Positions 11,111 through 23,816 of a stretch of DNA of 64,000 bases are shown piece by piece (within the stretch, counting starts at the first letter, position 1; the number at the start of each line of letters is the position of its first letter). The translations under genes and the position numbers were made by a program. Source of the stretch: Selaginella moellendorffii. Lineage: Eukaryota; Plantae; Lycopodiophyta. The notes under the pieces are model-generated. The model ran no database searches and was not told the origin of the DNA. It worked only from the letters and a program-made list of their open reading frames with translations. The DNA lies in NCBI RefSeq assembly GCF_000143415.4, contig NW_003314318.1, forward strand, positions 1 through 64,000, in the 5' to 3' direction.

Positions 11111-12891
11111 TGTGAGACACAAAATCCCTAGGCCCCAAAGTGGAGCCGGAAGGGTGCCACGTGGTAGTGGCCGAAGCGAGAGCCAAACGAGCGTAACACG
11201 TTTGGACCAAAAGCTCCGACTTGAAAAGTCAAGAGCGGGAGTGGAACTCCCAACGAAGTGCTCAAGGAACGAGCACGAAGCGAGTAAAAAGCGAGGCTCC
11301 AAAAAGGGACCCAAAAGGACCAACACATGACACGTGGAAGTGTCCGAGATGGACCCGAGATGGAGTCCGATATGGAGTCCGAGACGGAGTCCGATATGGA
11401 GTCCGAGACGGAGTCCGATATGGAGTCCGAGACGGAGTCCGAGATGGAGTCCGAGGTGGACCCGAGATGGACCCGAGATGGAGTCCGAGATGGAGTCCGA
11501 GGTGGACCCGAGATGGACCCAAAATGGAGTCCGAGATGGAGTCCGAGATGGAGTCCGAGATGGACCCGAGATGGAGTCCGAGATGGAGTCCGAAATGGAG
11601 TCCGAGATGGACCCGAGATGGAGTCCGAGATGGAGTCCGAGATGGACCCGAGATGGAGTCCGAGATGGAGTCCGAGATGGAGTCCGAGATGGAGTCCGAG
11701 ATGGAGTCCGAGATGGAGTCCGAGATGGAGTCCGAGATGGACCCGAGATGGAGTCCGAGATGGAACCGGGACTGAGATCAAGTCCGAGGCCGAATCCGAA
11801 GTCGGATCCGAAATCGGATCCGAGATCGAGCCAGAGACTAAGTCCAAATACTAATACGGGTCAAGGGGTGAAAGCCCAAAGCGTGCGTCTCCCAAGGGGG
11901 GGGGGCTGCGGGGGGTTCCAAAAGTATAGTAGGGAGAGTGTGGGGGTTGGAGCCCAGTTGGAGCCAGTTGGGCCAGGAAGGGCCAGTTTGGCCCAGGAAG
12001 GGCCAGTTTGGTCCAGGAAGGCCAGACCCAGTGTTGGGTGATGAGCTGACCACTGGGAAGTCCAAGACTAGAGTGAACACGGACCGACAAGCGGGGTAGC
12101 TTGGTGAAGTGTTCAAGAGCCGGCTCTAGTTCCCCCGGGAGATCGACTGGCCGATGCTCCCAGTCCAAGTGTGGGTGGCACTACCTACTTGGATACCAGG
12201 CGTGGCTCAACGGAACCTCGCTCTAAGCCCATGGCTAGAGCACCCAAGGGCAGAAGGCGAGGAGAGTACCCAGGTGGCTCGCGTAAGGCCACGGTGTTCC
12301 GAAATGTTGTCCCAAAGGCCCAGACTGTGGAAAGGAAGAGGAGCAGTCCTCTGGGGTAGTGACCAAGGACACAGTCGTGTGGTGAGGAAGTCCCAGAGGA
12401 CCGTGGGACTTAGTGGTCGGGCCTGTGGGTCTCGATCCAGTGGCAGTGTTGGCAAACACGGCCAGGGGCAGAAAGGGACTTAGTGGGGACTGACAGAGGG
12501 ATATTGGGGAAGGCTATTCCCCTTGTCGGTGGGCATCCTAAGGATGCTAAGGAGTGGATCTGAGATGACCACTCACGGATGGTTTGCCTAGTCTTGGAGA
12601 GCCAAGACGGTGATGCAAGTGGTATTGGACTACCAGTGTGGCAAAGGTGATTGGGCATGGCCTTAGCGTAACGGGCTGCGATGTCGGTGGTACCTTTGAG
12701 TGTCGGTCATGGGATCGGACACGTGGAGCACTTGGACCAAGTGCAAATGTTGAGTGGTATGGATGCCATTCTCGGGGCTAGCAAGTCCCAAGTCCTGGAT
12801 TGGACTTATGGAGGTTGTGAATGAGACTCCTCCAAGTGGTCGGAGGTGTGGTTAAGTGACTAAAGTAGAATGGAAAATTTAGTCGCTTACA
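11111..12891 (+). repeat. 5' LTR of nested element
   Basis: TGTGAGACAC...CGCTTACA, direct repeat of 17012-18792. Confidence 0.97.
11344..11764. repeat. 12-bp minisatellite (GATGGAGTCCGA)n with 11-bp GATGGACCCGA variants, inside LTR
   Basis: Direct reading; it produces the MESE/WSPR/RDGV ORFs. Confidence 0.95.
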
Positions 12892-15800
12892 ATTTGGTAT
12901 CGGAGCTGTTCCTTAGTCCGACTTTTATTGGTGCTCAAGTATATCACCACTGGTGTTGGCATTGGAAGGTCCGAGGAGTGGGCCTATCCTTGAGGAGTAG
13001 CAGGTCAGGAAGACATGGCTCTCCATTACAGTTCATGTGTGAACTTGTAGACAAGGTGGTGGATAGAAAAGGGCCAATAATGGAACGACTTTGGGATCTT
13101 GGGAACAGTGCAAGGTTTTCCTCATTGAGTTGAGGATGTGATCCAGATGAGCGTTTGACTTAGCAAACTGGCTAATATAGTTATGGTAAATAACTATAGT
13201 TGGGATCACGGGAAAGATAGAGACTCCAAAACAATAAAGGAGTCACAAGTTTATCCTCACATGGTTGAGGCTGGTGCTCATGAAGGTGAGACCGGAACGG
13301 ATGACCGCGAGAGGTCAAGTAGGGATGAGGACACGAGTCCTCGAAATGGTAGCCGGGGCTACCTCTAATAAATGCTGGAACAACCCAAGGAGTTGGGGTG
13401 TACTCAAAGGATGAGTTAGTATTCTCATCACATGGACAAGTGGTCCTAAGGGGCAAAAGGTTGCTCAAGAGAACAAAACAAGTGTCGGAGGAACACTTGC
13501 AAAGATGGTCCTTGTGAGCAGGACCTGAATACAAGAAGTGGTATTCCAGCAAGTTGGCACCTCGAAGACCAAGACCTCGCAGGTCGTTGGATTAGCAAAG
13601 TCTAAAATGCTGGATGACTCAAGTGGAGTCAAGAAACGGTCCTAAGGGATTGGTTGAAGCATTTGGACTGAGGTGTATGGTGCCCCATGAGATATGGGGA
13701 GGATCATAAGATCCAAGTATGAGAACAGTAGGTATCTCATCGATGGCAAAATGTGCCATGCTAAAAGTTATGGAAAAGGTGTTCCCAGAAGGAAACAACT
13801 TTGACACAAAGTTGTGTGTGACCTCTATGGTGCAGTGCTAACGAATGGTTGGCCTGAGAAAGAGCGGTGTTGGTCTTGGCAAAGACTTAAACACGAAGGG
13901 GAAGTGTCATAGAGGTAGGCTCGTGGAGCCGATGGTGTGGAGACACCAAATGTGCCAAGGTGTGGTACCTTGAGGCTATGTTGGTGGGTTCATGAGAACC
14001 CCTTGCCAAAGGAATCCCAGTGGGAATGGGAATGGCATAGCCTAAGCTGCAGAGCATGCAGTTGGAGTGTGGTGACCCAGATAATGATGGAGGTGTGAAA
14101 GCACCAAGCAATGAGTTGTAGGACTTGACAACTATGAGGCAACTAAGTAAGAGGTGCAAAATAACTGGTTAAACGGGTAGAAGGTAGCTACCCAAGACTT
14201 CTAGCATAGGGAAGTCGGATATACCCTTACGGGGGATAAGTTGCTTATGTTGCGATATAGTAAGTCAATGTCATAAAAGGAAATACTCATTGTCAAGAAA
14301 ACCATCATTGGGACACCCGAACACTCTAGAACACCAGAAGGTGGTGTTTGATGTCGCGAGGGCAATGGATAAAGCCCAAGGGACTAAGTCCCTTGCGAAT
14401 GATGGATAGAAAGTGCTATCCAAATGTCCAAGGTTGCGGAGACAGGAGAGGACTGTCTACCCGAGTTGGACAGAGCCAAAAATGGAATTTTGGCAAGGCT
14501 AGTGATGGGCATGTAAAGGCCCATAAGCAACAATGTAATCCCAGTGTGTGGGATTATAAGGTGAGCATGCCCGGATTGAGGAACCACCCCCTAGGCTATT
14601 GGGTAGGTTCATCCCTAAGAATACTTGCTAAAGCATGATAGAAAGTGCAAAGCTATCCTCCTGGTTTGGAGGAGAATGACCAAAGGAAAGGTGTGAAGCC
14701 AAAAGCAAGAAGGGGATGGAACCGAACCATAGGAATCGAAGGGCATAACCAAGGTTGGTTATGCCAGCGGGGAGTGGAGAATCAAGTGGGGGCTCGAGGG
14801 TGTTGCCGCTAGCAACCGTGATGCCATGGAGGGTCTAAAATATGGAATTGTCCATGTTAGACTATATGGCAACTATAAAGCTTGCGAAAAGGGAGGCCTT
14901 AGCAAGCTGAGGGACAGAGTTCCTTCAAGGTTCCCAAAGACGATTCTAGGTAGCGTAGTACCTAGAAAAGGCCAAGTGTAAATGGTTCGTGGAACGCGCG
15001 AAATCAGAGTGGCGCAGCAGAAGCGTGGCCTTGAAGCTTGCCATGAGGCAAGGCTATCAAGGTTAGGGAAGTAGTTCCCGAGTGTTCAAAGAGAGGGCTT
15101 TGAACGAAAGTCGATGGTCAAGGACTTTCACGCTTATGCAGGAACCATGTTACAGTGGTCGGAGAACGTGCCAAGCGAGATTGGCACGTCGGGGGAACAA
15201 ATACCCTAGTTGAAGGTGATAACTTCAAAAAGGGTGGGCCATGGGGCCGAGCATGGAGGAGTCCATGCATGATCACAGACATGACAAGTGAGAGGACTTG
15301 GCAGTGTGGAGGAACTAGGTTCCTAAGCTGTGATCTGTAGCGCGCTTTAAAAATAAGTTGGTGCACCGGCGTGGGGAGTCACGCCAGGCATCTTGTGTGA
15401 TGCCGTCCGTAGATGCATATACGGAGGTTGGGTTCGAGTCCCGACCCTCTAGTGCTTGGGTTCGAGTCCCAAATCACTAGGGCGAGGTGATGGTTTGGAA
15501 TATGGGGACACTCATATTTCGGTGGTCATGGACTCTCAGTGGGGAGACTGGTTTGGGCACACCGCCAAGCGAGGGATGCCTCGGAGTCGTGATGCACGGT
15601 TAGGTTGCTTAGTGTGGCTCAGCATATCTAACTTGAACAGTTTGGTGCAAGTGGCACCAAGGACGTGGTGAGTGAGATGGGGACACCTAATCTCAGTTGC
15701 TATGGACCCTTGGCCGGAAGGGCTGGCTTGGGCGCACCGTCAAGTGTGGGGGATGCCCCCGGGGTCGTAGTTAACAAGTTAAAGGTCTAGAAGACCTAGT

Positions 15801-16784
15801 ACCTACTGGCAAACCTGTTAAGGTGCCGAGGTGAGATCACTAGGTGATCTTGTGGCTAAATAAGGACAAGGTCTTTGTTTGGGTTAAGGAATAAGGTTCC
15901 TAGTTCAAAGCGTTGATTTGAACTATTGATGATGGTGTGGCTTGGTCAAGGTGACCAAGTGGGAAAAGCACCTTAGGGGAATGAGCTATGTCATTGCGAT
16001 GGCATAGTGTGTCCAAGGAAAGTAGTCTCTAGGAGAGACCCATAGGAGGGTCACAAAGTTGGGCCATGGACGGGGCCCATAGCAGAAAATGCTAAAGAGA
16101 TCTACTAGGGGTGAACACCCTCTGGACTTAGCAAAGTGGAGCTTTGCCATGGAACCAAAAGAATACCTCAAGGAGGGAGGTAGTGATCCTGTGTTGCTTG
16201 ATGCAACAATCAATGGATAGGAGCAAAAGATGAGTGGCCAGGATAGGGCCATGGAATCCCGTGGAAGGAATCCAAGTGGCAAAGTTAGGCGAGGAACACT
16301 AATGTGTTGGACGCTAACAAATCACGGGAAAGGAAGTGTGCTTCCAAGGATGGATTCCAAAGTGCTCCAATTTGGCGAAGTAAAAGCTCCAAGTGAGGGA
16401 GCGGCAAGGTAGCCAAATGATAGGGCCATGGACAGCCCTAGCACAAAGTATGATAAATGGAACTTAGTGCCCAAGGTGGCACGAAATAGAAGAGAGGATG
16501 ATGGTACCCTCAAGTAGAGAACTTCCTAGGATAGGGAAGTGGAGTTGCACAATCTGTGCAATGCAAGGTGTTGGAGACACCTAGGAAATTGACTTCCAAA
16601 AGTCAAAAGAGTAAAAGTTCCAAGGTGCAAACGTTCCATAGATGGAAATTGAGACTACTCGAGAAGGAGTAGTGGGATTGACTTAGAGAAGGGTCTCTAA
16701 GAGGTTTAGCGAGAACCACTACATGTGGTCCAATCAATCTCTAAGTTGGAGAGGCTACCCTCCTTAGAGGATAAGCAAGGCAAG

Positions 16785-16908
16785 GTGAGCCTTTGGTGTC
16801 AAACCATTGAGGCATATGCAAAAGGCATGGTGAGCCTTCAATGTCAAACCATTGACGAATATGGAGAAGGCATGGTGGGCCTTCAATGTCGAACCATTGA
16901 CAAATATT
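16785..16908. repeat. 45-bp tandem repeat (about 2.8 copies) just before the PPT of the nested element
   Basis: GTGAGCCTT..TGTCAAACCATTGA..AAGGCATG repeated. Confidence 0.8.
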
Positions 16909-17011
16909 GGCTAGGTGCCAAGGATGGAAATGGTAACACATGCGAGTGTTACTTTACAAAATGGTTTACCGTTCGATGAGGACATCGAACTTCGTCTATG
17001 GGTGGTGGAGT

Positions 17012-18792
17012 TGTGAGACACAAAATCCCTAGGCCCCAAAGTGGAGCCGGAAGGGTGCCACGTGGTAGTGGCCGAAGCGAGAGCCAAACGAGCGTAACAC
17101 GTTTGGACCAAAAGCTCCGACTTGAAAAGTCAAGAGCGGGAGTGGAACTCCCAACGAAGTGCTCAAGGAACGAGCACGAAGCGAGTAAAAAGCGAGGCTC
17201 CAAAAAGGGACCCAAAAGGACCAACACATGACACGTGGAAGTGTCCGAGATGGACCCGAGATGGAGTCCGATATGGAGTCCGAGACGGAGTCCGATATGG
17301 AGTCCGAGACGGAGTCCGATATGGAGTCCGAGACGGAGTCCGAGATGGAGTCCGAGGTGGACCCGAGATGGACCCGAGATGGAGTCCGAGATGGAGTCCG
17401 AGGTGGACCCGAGATGGACCCAAAATGGAGTCCGAGATGGAGTCCGAGATGGAGTCCGAGATGGACCCGAGATGGAGTCCGAGATGGAGTCCGAAATGGA
17501 GTCCGAGATGGACCCGAGATGGAGTCCGAGATGGAGTCCGAGATGGACCCGAGATGGAGTCCGAGATGGAGTCCGAGATGGAGTCCGAGATGGAGTCCGA
17601 GATGGAGTCCGAGATGGAGTCCGAGATGGAGTCCGAGATGGACCCGAGATGGAGTCCGAGATGGAACCGGGACTGAGATCAAGTCCGAGGCCGAATCCGA
17701 AGTCGGATCCGAAATCGGATCCGAGATCGAGCCAGAGACTAAGTCCAAATACTAATACGGGTCAAGGGGTGAAAGCCCAAAGCGTGCGTCTCCCAAGGGG
17801 GGGGGGCTGCGGGGGGTTCCAAAAGTATAGTAGGGAGAGTGTGGGGGTTGGAGCCCAGTTGGAGCCAGTTGGGCCAGGAAGGGCCAGTTTGGCCCAGGAA
17901 GGGCCAGTTTGGTCCAGGAAGGCCAGACCCAGTGTTGGGTGATGAGCTGACCACTGGGAAGTCCAAGACTAGAGTGAACACGGACCGACAAGCGGGGTAG
18001 CTTGGTGAAGTGTTCAAGAGCCGGCTCTAGTTCCCCCGGGAGATCGACTGGCCGATGCTCCCAGTCCAAGTGTGGGTGGCACTACCTACTTGGATACCAG
18101 GCGTGGCTCAACGGAACCTCGCTCTAAGCCCATGGCTAGAGCACCCAAGGGCAGAAGGCGAGGAGAGTACCCAGGTGGCTCGCGTAAGGCCACGGTGTTC
18201 CGAAATGTTGTCCCAAAGGCCCAGACTGTGGAAAGGAAGAGGAGCAGTCCTCTGGGGTAGTGACCAAGGACACAGTCGTGTGGTGAGGAAGTCCCAGAGG
18301 ACCGTGGGACTTAGTGGTCGGGCCTGTGGGTCTCGATCCAGTGGCAGTGTTGGCAAACACGGCCAGGGGCAGAAAGGGACTTAGTGGGGACTGACAGAGG
18401 GATATTGGGGAAGGCTATTCCCCTTGTCGGTGGGCATCCTAAGGATGCTAAGGAGTGGATCTGAGATGACCACTCACGGATGGTTTGCCTAGTCTTGGAG
18501 AGCCAAGACGGTGATGCAAGTGGTATTGGACTACCAGTGTGGCAAAGGTGATTGGGCATGGCCTTAGCGTAACGGGCTGCGATGTCGGTGGTACCTTTGA
18601 GTGTCGGTCATGGGATCGGACACGTGGAGCACTTGGACCAAGTGCAAATGTTGAGTGGTATGGATGCCATTCTCGGGGCTAGCAAGTCCCAAGTCCTGGA
18701 TTGGACTTATGGAGGTTGTGAATGAGACTCCTCCAAGTGGTCGGAGGTGTGGTTAAGTGACTAAAGTAGAATGGAAAATTTAGTCGCTTACA
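17012..18792 (+). repeat. 3' LTR of nested element (12-bp array at 17245-17665)
   Basis: Direct repeat of 11111-12891, followed by TSD GCCTG. Confidence 0.97.
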
Positions 18793-19185
18793 GCCTGGTG
18801 GTGGAGATATTTCGCCTGAGGAGCCAGACTTTATCCCCGATATTGTAAGGGGGACAATCCTGACGATGGACATTGGCAAATGTTTTATGAGACCCATCCT
18901 CGAGCTGCACTGGTGGAGGCAGAGGAATGACCCGATTTGGAATACGACTGGGAATATAAGGCTCAAGGAGAGAGGAGTGAAAAACAGGGTGAATTTGATA
19001 TGAGGAGGGAAGTGCAAGGCAATAAGTGACAGAATTAATGATGGCAATGATAGGGAACATTTGAAATCAAGTTTGGGACATGGCCTGGTGGTGGAGATAT
19101 TTCGCCTGAGGAGCCAGACTTTATCCTTGATATTGTAAGGGGGATAATCCTGACGATGGACATTGGCAAATGTTTTGTGAGATTC

Positions 19186-22100
19186 CTAAGCACGATGGAG
19201 GTGGAAGGAGATGGAGTTGTGGATTTCCTGGAGGTTGGAGATAAATGCCTCAGAGCGGGGATTTGAACGAGAGGATTCAGATGGAGAAGGAAGTGAGAGA
19301 TTGAATCGGGGATTTCGGCCAGAGTTCGCAAAGTAGGGGGAAACTCGAAGAGAGGAGTGAACAGAGTTGTTATAGGAGAACTCAGCAAGGGGAAGGATAT
19401 CGAACCAGTTATCCTGATGATAGTTGATGAAGCACCTCAAGAATTGTTCCAACGTCTGAATCGTTCGCTCGGACTGCCCATCAGTTTGAGGATGATATGC
19501 CGAAGAGAGGTTGGCCTTCACTCCAAGCAGCTGCAAAAACCGTTGCCAGAAATGAGAGATGAACTGAGGCCCCCGATCCGAAACCACATCTGTAGGAATC
19601 CCATGAAGTCGGAAAATTTCCCTGAATACCAGTTTTGCCATGTCTTCGCCCGAAAACTCCTTGGTACATGGCAAGAAGTGCGCCATCTTTGTGAAGCGAT
19701 CCACCACGACTAAAATGCTGTTGAAGCCTCCAGAACTCGGAAGATCACTCAAGAAATCCATGGAGATGGATTCCCAAGGACCTGAAGGAACCGGAAGGGA
19801 ACGAAGTAAACCTGAAGGAAGGTGGCGAGGTACCTTATTCCGGGCACAAGTGTCACAGGAGGTAACAAAAGCTTTGATGTAGTCGTCCATGTGAGGCCAC
19901 CAAAAGTCCCGTGCAACTAGCTCATAGGTTTTCGCAATGCCGAAGTGACCAGCAGTCGGGCTATCGTGGCACGCCATCAGGACCAACCTTCGAGCATCAC
20001 CTTCAGGAACGTAAAGCTGCTCCCCACGGTACAATAAGCCATCTAAGAACTCGAACTCGTCAAATCGCCGGCAGTCGGGAGTCACTGGGTGTCCAGCCTG
20101 AAGATGGGGGAAAATGTCGCTAGCGAGATCATCGGATTGAAGATCGTTTCTGATTGCATCCATCAAGGAGGAGTCCTGAGGGGCCAGGGAAATTGCCATA
20201 ACTTGAAGCCGATCAGGACCGAGGATAACTTGATCCTGTTGATCGAAGGCAGGATTACCAGGCCTGAGACTGAGATAGGAGCGCCTTGAAAGAGCATCAG
20301 GAAGGCCTTGAAACTTTCCAGGTCTGTACTTGATAACAAAGTCAAACCGACTCAGGAATTGTGCCCACCTTGCTTGACGACGGCTTAAAACTCGGGAAGT
20401 GGCAAAGTACTTGAGATTTTTGTGATCCGTCCAGACTGTTGTTTGATGGCTCGCCCCCTCCAAGAAACGGCGCCACTCTCCAAAGGAATCCACGATGGCA
20501 AGGAGCTCCTTGTCGTGGATTTCGTAATTGATCTCCGCAGGCTGGAATTTCCGAGAATGGAAAGTGACCGGATGAAGTTCGTGATCCGCTCCGAGTTGAG
20601 ACAGCACAGCACCAATGGCAAAGTCGGAGGCGTCAGCCTCGATGAAGAAAGGTTGTGAGGAATCAGCATGGATCAAGACAGGAGCAGAACTGAAGGCCGC
20701 CTTGAGTGTGTCGAAGGCCTGCTGGGCAGCAGCAGACCAAGAGAAGGGAACATCCTTGCGAGTGAGATGTGTGAGAGGAAGGACAATGTCAGAGTAGTGA
20801 TCAATGAATTTGCGGTAGAAGTTGGCGAAGCCAGGGAAAACCTGAATGTCCGACATTGATTGTGGAGGCTCCCATTCGAGAATAGTCTTGACTTTAGCAG
20901 GATCCATCGTGATACCCTCAGGAGTGACAATGTACCCAAGGAACTCCACAGACTGCTAATCAAAGGAACATTTCTCAAGCTTCGCGTATAGGCCGTGTTC
21001 TCGCAGCTTCGCTAGCACCTTGCGAACATGTTCGTCATGCTCCTCCTGAGTTTTTGAGTAGATGAGGATGTCATCGAAGTAGACGATCACCATCTGATCA
21101 AGAAACTCCCGAAAAACGTCATTCGCCATGTGTTGGAAAACCGCTGGAGCATTTGTCAAGCCAAATGGCATGACAGTGTACTCGAAGTGGCCATAGCGGG
21201 TTCGGAACGCAGTCTTCCATTCATCACCAGGCCGGATCCGGATCAGGTTGTATGCTCCACGGAGGTCGATCTTGGTGAAGAAGCGGGCACCGCCGAGGCG
21301 TTCCAACAGGTCCGAGATCAGGGGCAGCGGATAACGGTTCCGAACAGTCACCTTGTTCAAACCTCGGTAGTCGATGACTAGCCGCAAGCTCCCATCCTTC
21401 TTCTTGACAAAGAAGACAGGCACTCCAGCTGGGGACTGCGAATGTTGAATGTAGCCCGAGGCAAGGTTCTCATCCACGTACTCTTTGAGGGCCTTAAGCT
21501 CGGACGGGGATAACCCGTAGATAGGCCCCCACGGAGGTGACGCTCCTTCCTGTAAATCAATGGGACAATCATAAGGCTGATGAATAGGCAGTACACTAGC
21601 TTTTTTCTTGTCAAACACATCCCCAAAATCATGATACTTCTAAGGAAGACTGACAGGAGAAACATGCAAAGCAAAAAGAAAAAGAGGTTCTTCATGAAGG
21701 AGTTCTTTCATAGTGATTGTGGAGATAGGAGGAGGGGTACGACTAAATGGAATGATGAGACGAGGATACTGTCCAGTGTAAGATGGAAGAGAGGAAAAAG
21801 AAGAGGATGAAAACTTCATAGAGTCAGGAACAGAACCCCGATGTGAGTTTAGGGAACTTTTCCTGATTCGGACTCGATGAACACCAGGGGAAGCCGTGGG
21901 AGATGGTGATGTGGGAGAGATGAGCTGTAAGTCCTTCCAACAAATCTGAGGCTGATGTAGTTGGAACCAAGGAAGACCGAGCACCACAGAGGAGGACTTG
22001 CTGTTGATGATGTTGAAGGCGATATCGGTGACGGTGGACTCGATGTGTACTCAAACGGGCAACGTTTCCCTAAGTCCAGAAGATGGAGACACAAAATGCC

Positions 22101-22389
22101 CGCCGATGCCTTCAACCCTCAGATCCCGTATGGTAGGAGAAAGAGGAACGTGATGTCGGGCAGCAAAGTCCGTGTCCATGAAGCAGGAAGTTGCACCCGA
22201 GTCCAGTAGCGCCAAAGCCTTGAGTCCTGATTGTCCGGTGAAAGAAAGGAGACATGGGACGCGGAAGTTGCGGGAATTGGTGGTGGCTTTGATGAAAGGT
22301 GGTGAGGAGCTTGATAAGGAAGAAAAGTGATTTTTATTTGGGGAGTCCAAACAGACAGCTCCTACTCTGTTTGGACAGGGTCGTTTCCC
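19186..22389 (-). pseudogene. pol: Chromovirus pol (protease LLDSGAT, RT YFDDILI, RNase H, integrase) with in-frame stops
   Basis: ORFs 22051..22455, 21640..21987, 20956..21618 and 19186..20949. TAG stop at 20956-20958 within CSFD*QSVEFLGY. Integrase HHCC and DDE motifs present. Confidence 0.95.
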
Positions 22390-23339
22390 GACTGCAACAG
22401 AGGTGGACTTTGAGGCAGAGTGAACTCGAGCAATCGGGGAGGCTTCCTGGGACACACAGCTGCTTTGTGATTAGGATCAGCACAGTAGAGGCAAAGATTA
22501 TGAGATATTCGACGTTGCCTCTCAGTAGGACTCAACTTCCCTCTAATGAGTCGGGGAGTACCAGAAATATCCATCGGGACCGGAGCAGTAGGTTCAGGAC
22601 TATGCCCCGAAGACTCAAGTTGGGATTCCTGAGTCTGGGACAGAAAAACAGCGGCGCGGCGACTTTCCTGACGACGTTCAAAGAGACGATTGTCACATCG
22701 AACAGCTTTGTTGATGGCATCCGATAGGTCCTTGGGATCCTCCATGGTGAGCAACAAATCCTTGACACCGTTGTTGAGGCCGAAACGAAATTGGTCAATC
22801 AGGGCCCGCTCATCCCACTGAGTGTCCAAGGCAAGGAGTTGGAACTCTGCAGCGTAGATCGAGGCAGGACAAGACCCCTAAGAGAGACGTCTCATCTTTG
22901 TGGTAGCAGCCCGAACCCGATCCGTCTCGCCAAAACATGCTTCGAGCTTCTCTTTGAACAATTGAAGATCCATCAGCTCCGGAACCACGACCCCCTTCAT
23001 GCTCTTCTCCAGAAGAGGAGAAAACCATGACAAAGCTGCACCCTCGAGCAACGTCCCAATCGCGCCGATTTGAGACTCGGGAGTGGGGTACCGCCGATGT
23101 TGAAGTGCAAAGATCAGCTCCATTTGGTTCAAAAATCCACGAAGCTCCGAATGCTTGCCTGAAAATTTCGCCGGGAAACTCACCTTCGGTTCAGGAACTT
23201 TGCTGGATCCTTGAGCCGAAAGTGAAGCAAGCTCCTGCTGCATGCGAAGAAGGGTCGCCTTCAGCTCGGTATTCTCAGACTGGATTTTTGCAAGGACTTC
23301 GGCAAAGAAATCAGGATGGCTTGGAGACTCCATTGGCAA
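22362..23339 (-). pseudogene. gag: Chromovirus gag with a premature stop at about 22878
   Basis: PAKFSG..LRGFL, LLEGAALSWF, FRFGLNNGVKD, CLYCADPNHKAAVC zinc knuckle. Confidence 0.92.
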
Positions 23340-23413
23340 GAAGAAAGAAAAGAAAGGGGGAAAAAGACAAAGGCAATCAAATAATCAAAATGAGCTAAAA
23401 GAAAAGCAAAAAA

Positions 23414-23428
23414 CACAATCTGAATCAA
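23414..23428 (-). promoter_or_regulatory. Non-tRNA primer binding site complementary to the element's own LTR (putative self-priming)
   Basis: Plus-strand CACAATCTGAATCAA (23414-23428) is the perfect reverse complement of TTGATTCAGATTGTG at 23520-23534. Confidence 0.8.
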
Positions 23429-23430
23429 AC

Positions 23431-23816
23431 TGTCAAGACCCCCAACAAGATCAAGACTGGAAAATGCTAAAGATAAGAGAAAAAGCTAGTGAAAACAAAG
23501 AAGAGGTCTTAAACTGGTGTTGATTCAGATTGTGGAGAAATGGAACAAGGCTAACCTATATATACTATAGGTTGATGAAGCTCCACCACTCTTGGATCGA
23601 GGACGGCCTAAATACAGCTGAGGTCGAGGAGGTGCCACATCATCATCAGGAATGTGGCTCGAGACTCAGGAATCTGGAAGTGTCTCGAGACTCAGGAATC
23701 GGGAAGTGTCTCGAGAGTCAGGAATAGGGAAGTGTCTCGAGAGTCAGGAATGTGGTCTGCAGGTCAGGAATCCGGCGAGAGTCAGGAATGTGGCAAGAAT
23801 TGGGGGATTCCTGACA
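23431..23816 (-). repeat. 5' LTR of chromovirus
   Basis: TGTCAAGACC...CCTGACA followed by TSD ATAAG. Confidence 0.97.

Larger units (their letters stand above)
11111..18792 (+). mobile_element. Nested non-autonomous LTR element (LARD-like) with 1781-bp LTRs and a decayed internal region
   Basis: TG..CA LTRs at 11111-12891 and 17012-18792 (constant 5901 offset, all ORF translations identical); TSD GCCTG; PBS TGGTATCGGAGC (tRNA-iMet type) at about 12895; purine tract ATGGGTGGTGGAG before 17012; no long internal ORF. Confidence 0.95.
10242..23816 (-). mobile_element. Ty3/gypsy chromovirus (Tcn1/Tf1-sushi-like) LTR retrotransposon, degenerate, carrying a nested insertion
   Basis: 386-bp TG..CA LTRs at 10242-10627 and 23431-23816; 5-bp TSD ATAAG; PPT GAGGAGGGGG on the minus strand next to 10627; gene order gag-PR-RT-RH-INT-chromodomain. 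Confidence 0.97.

Noticed and set aside
11344-11764. Possible CRISPR-like array
   Set aside because: Units are contiguous with no unique spacers; eukaryotic LTR context.
11128-12041. Long overlapping ORFs (MESE/WSPR/LGLH repeats), repeated at 17029-17942
   Set aside because: By-products of a stop-free 12-bp minisatellite in an LTR; no coding evidence.
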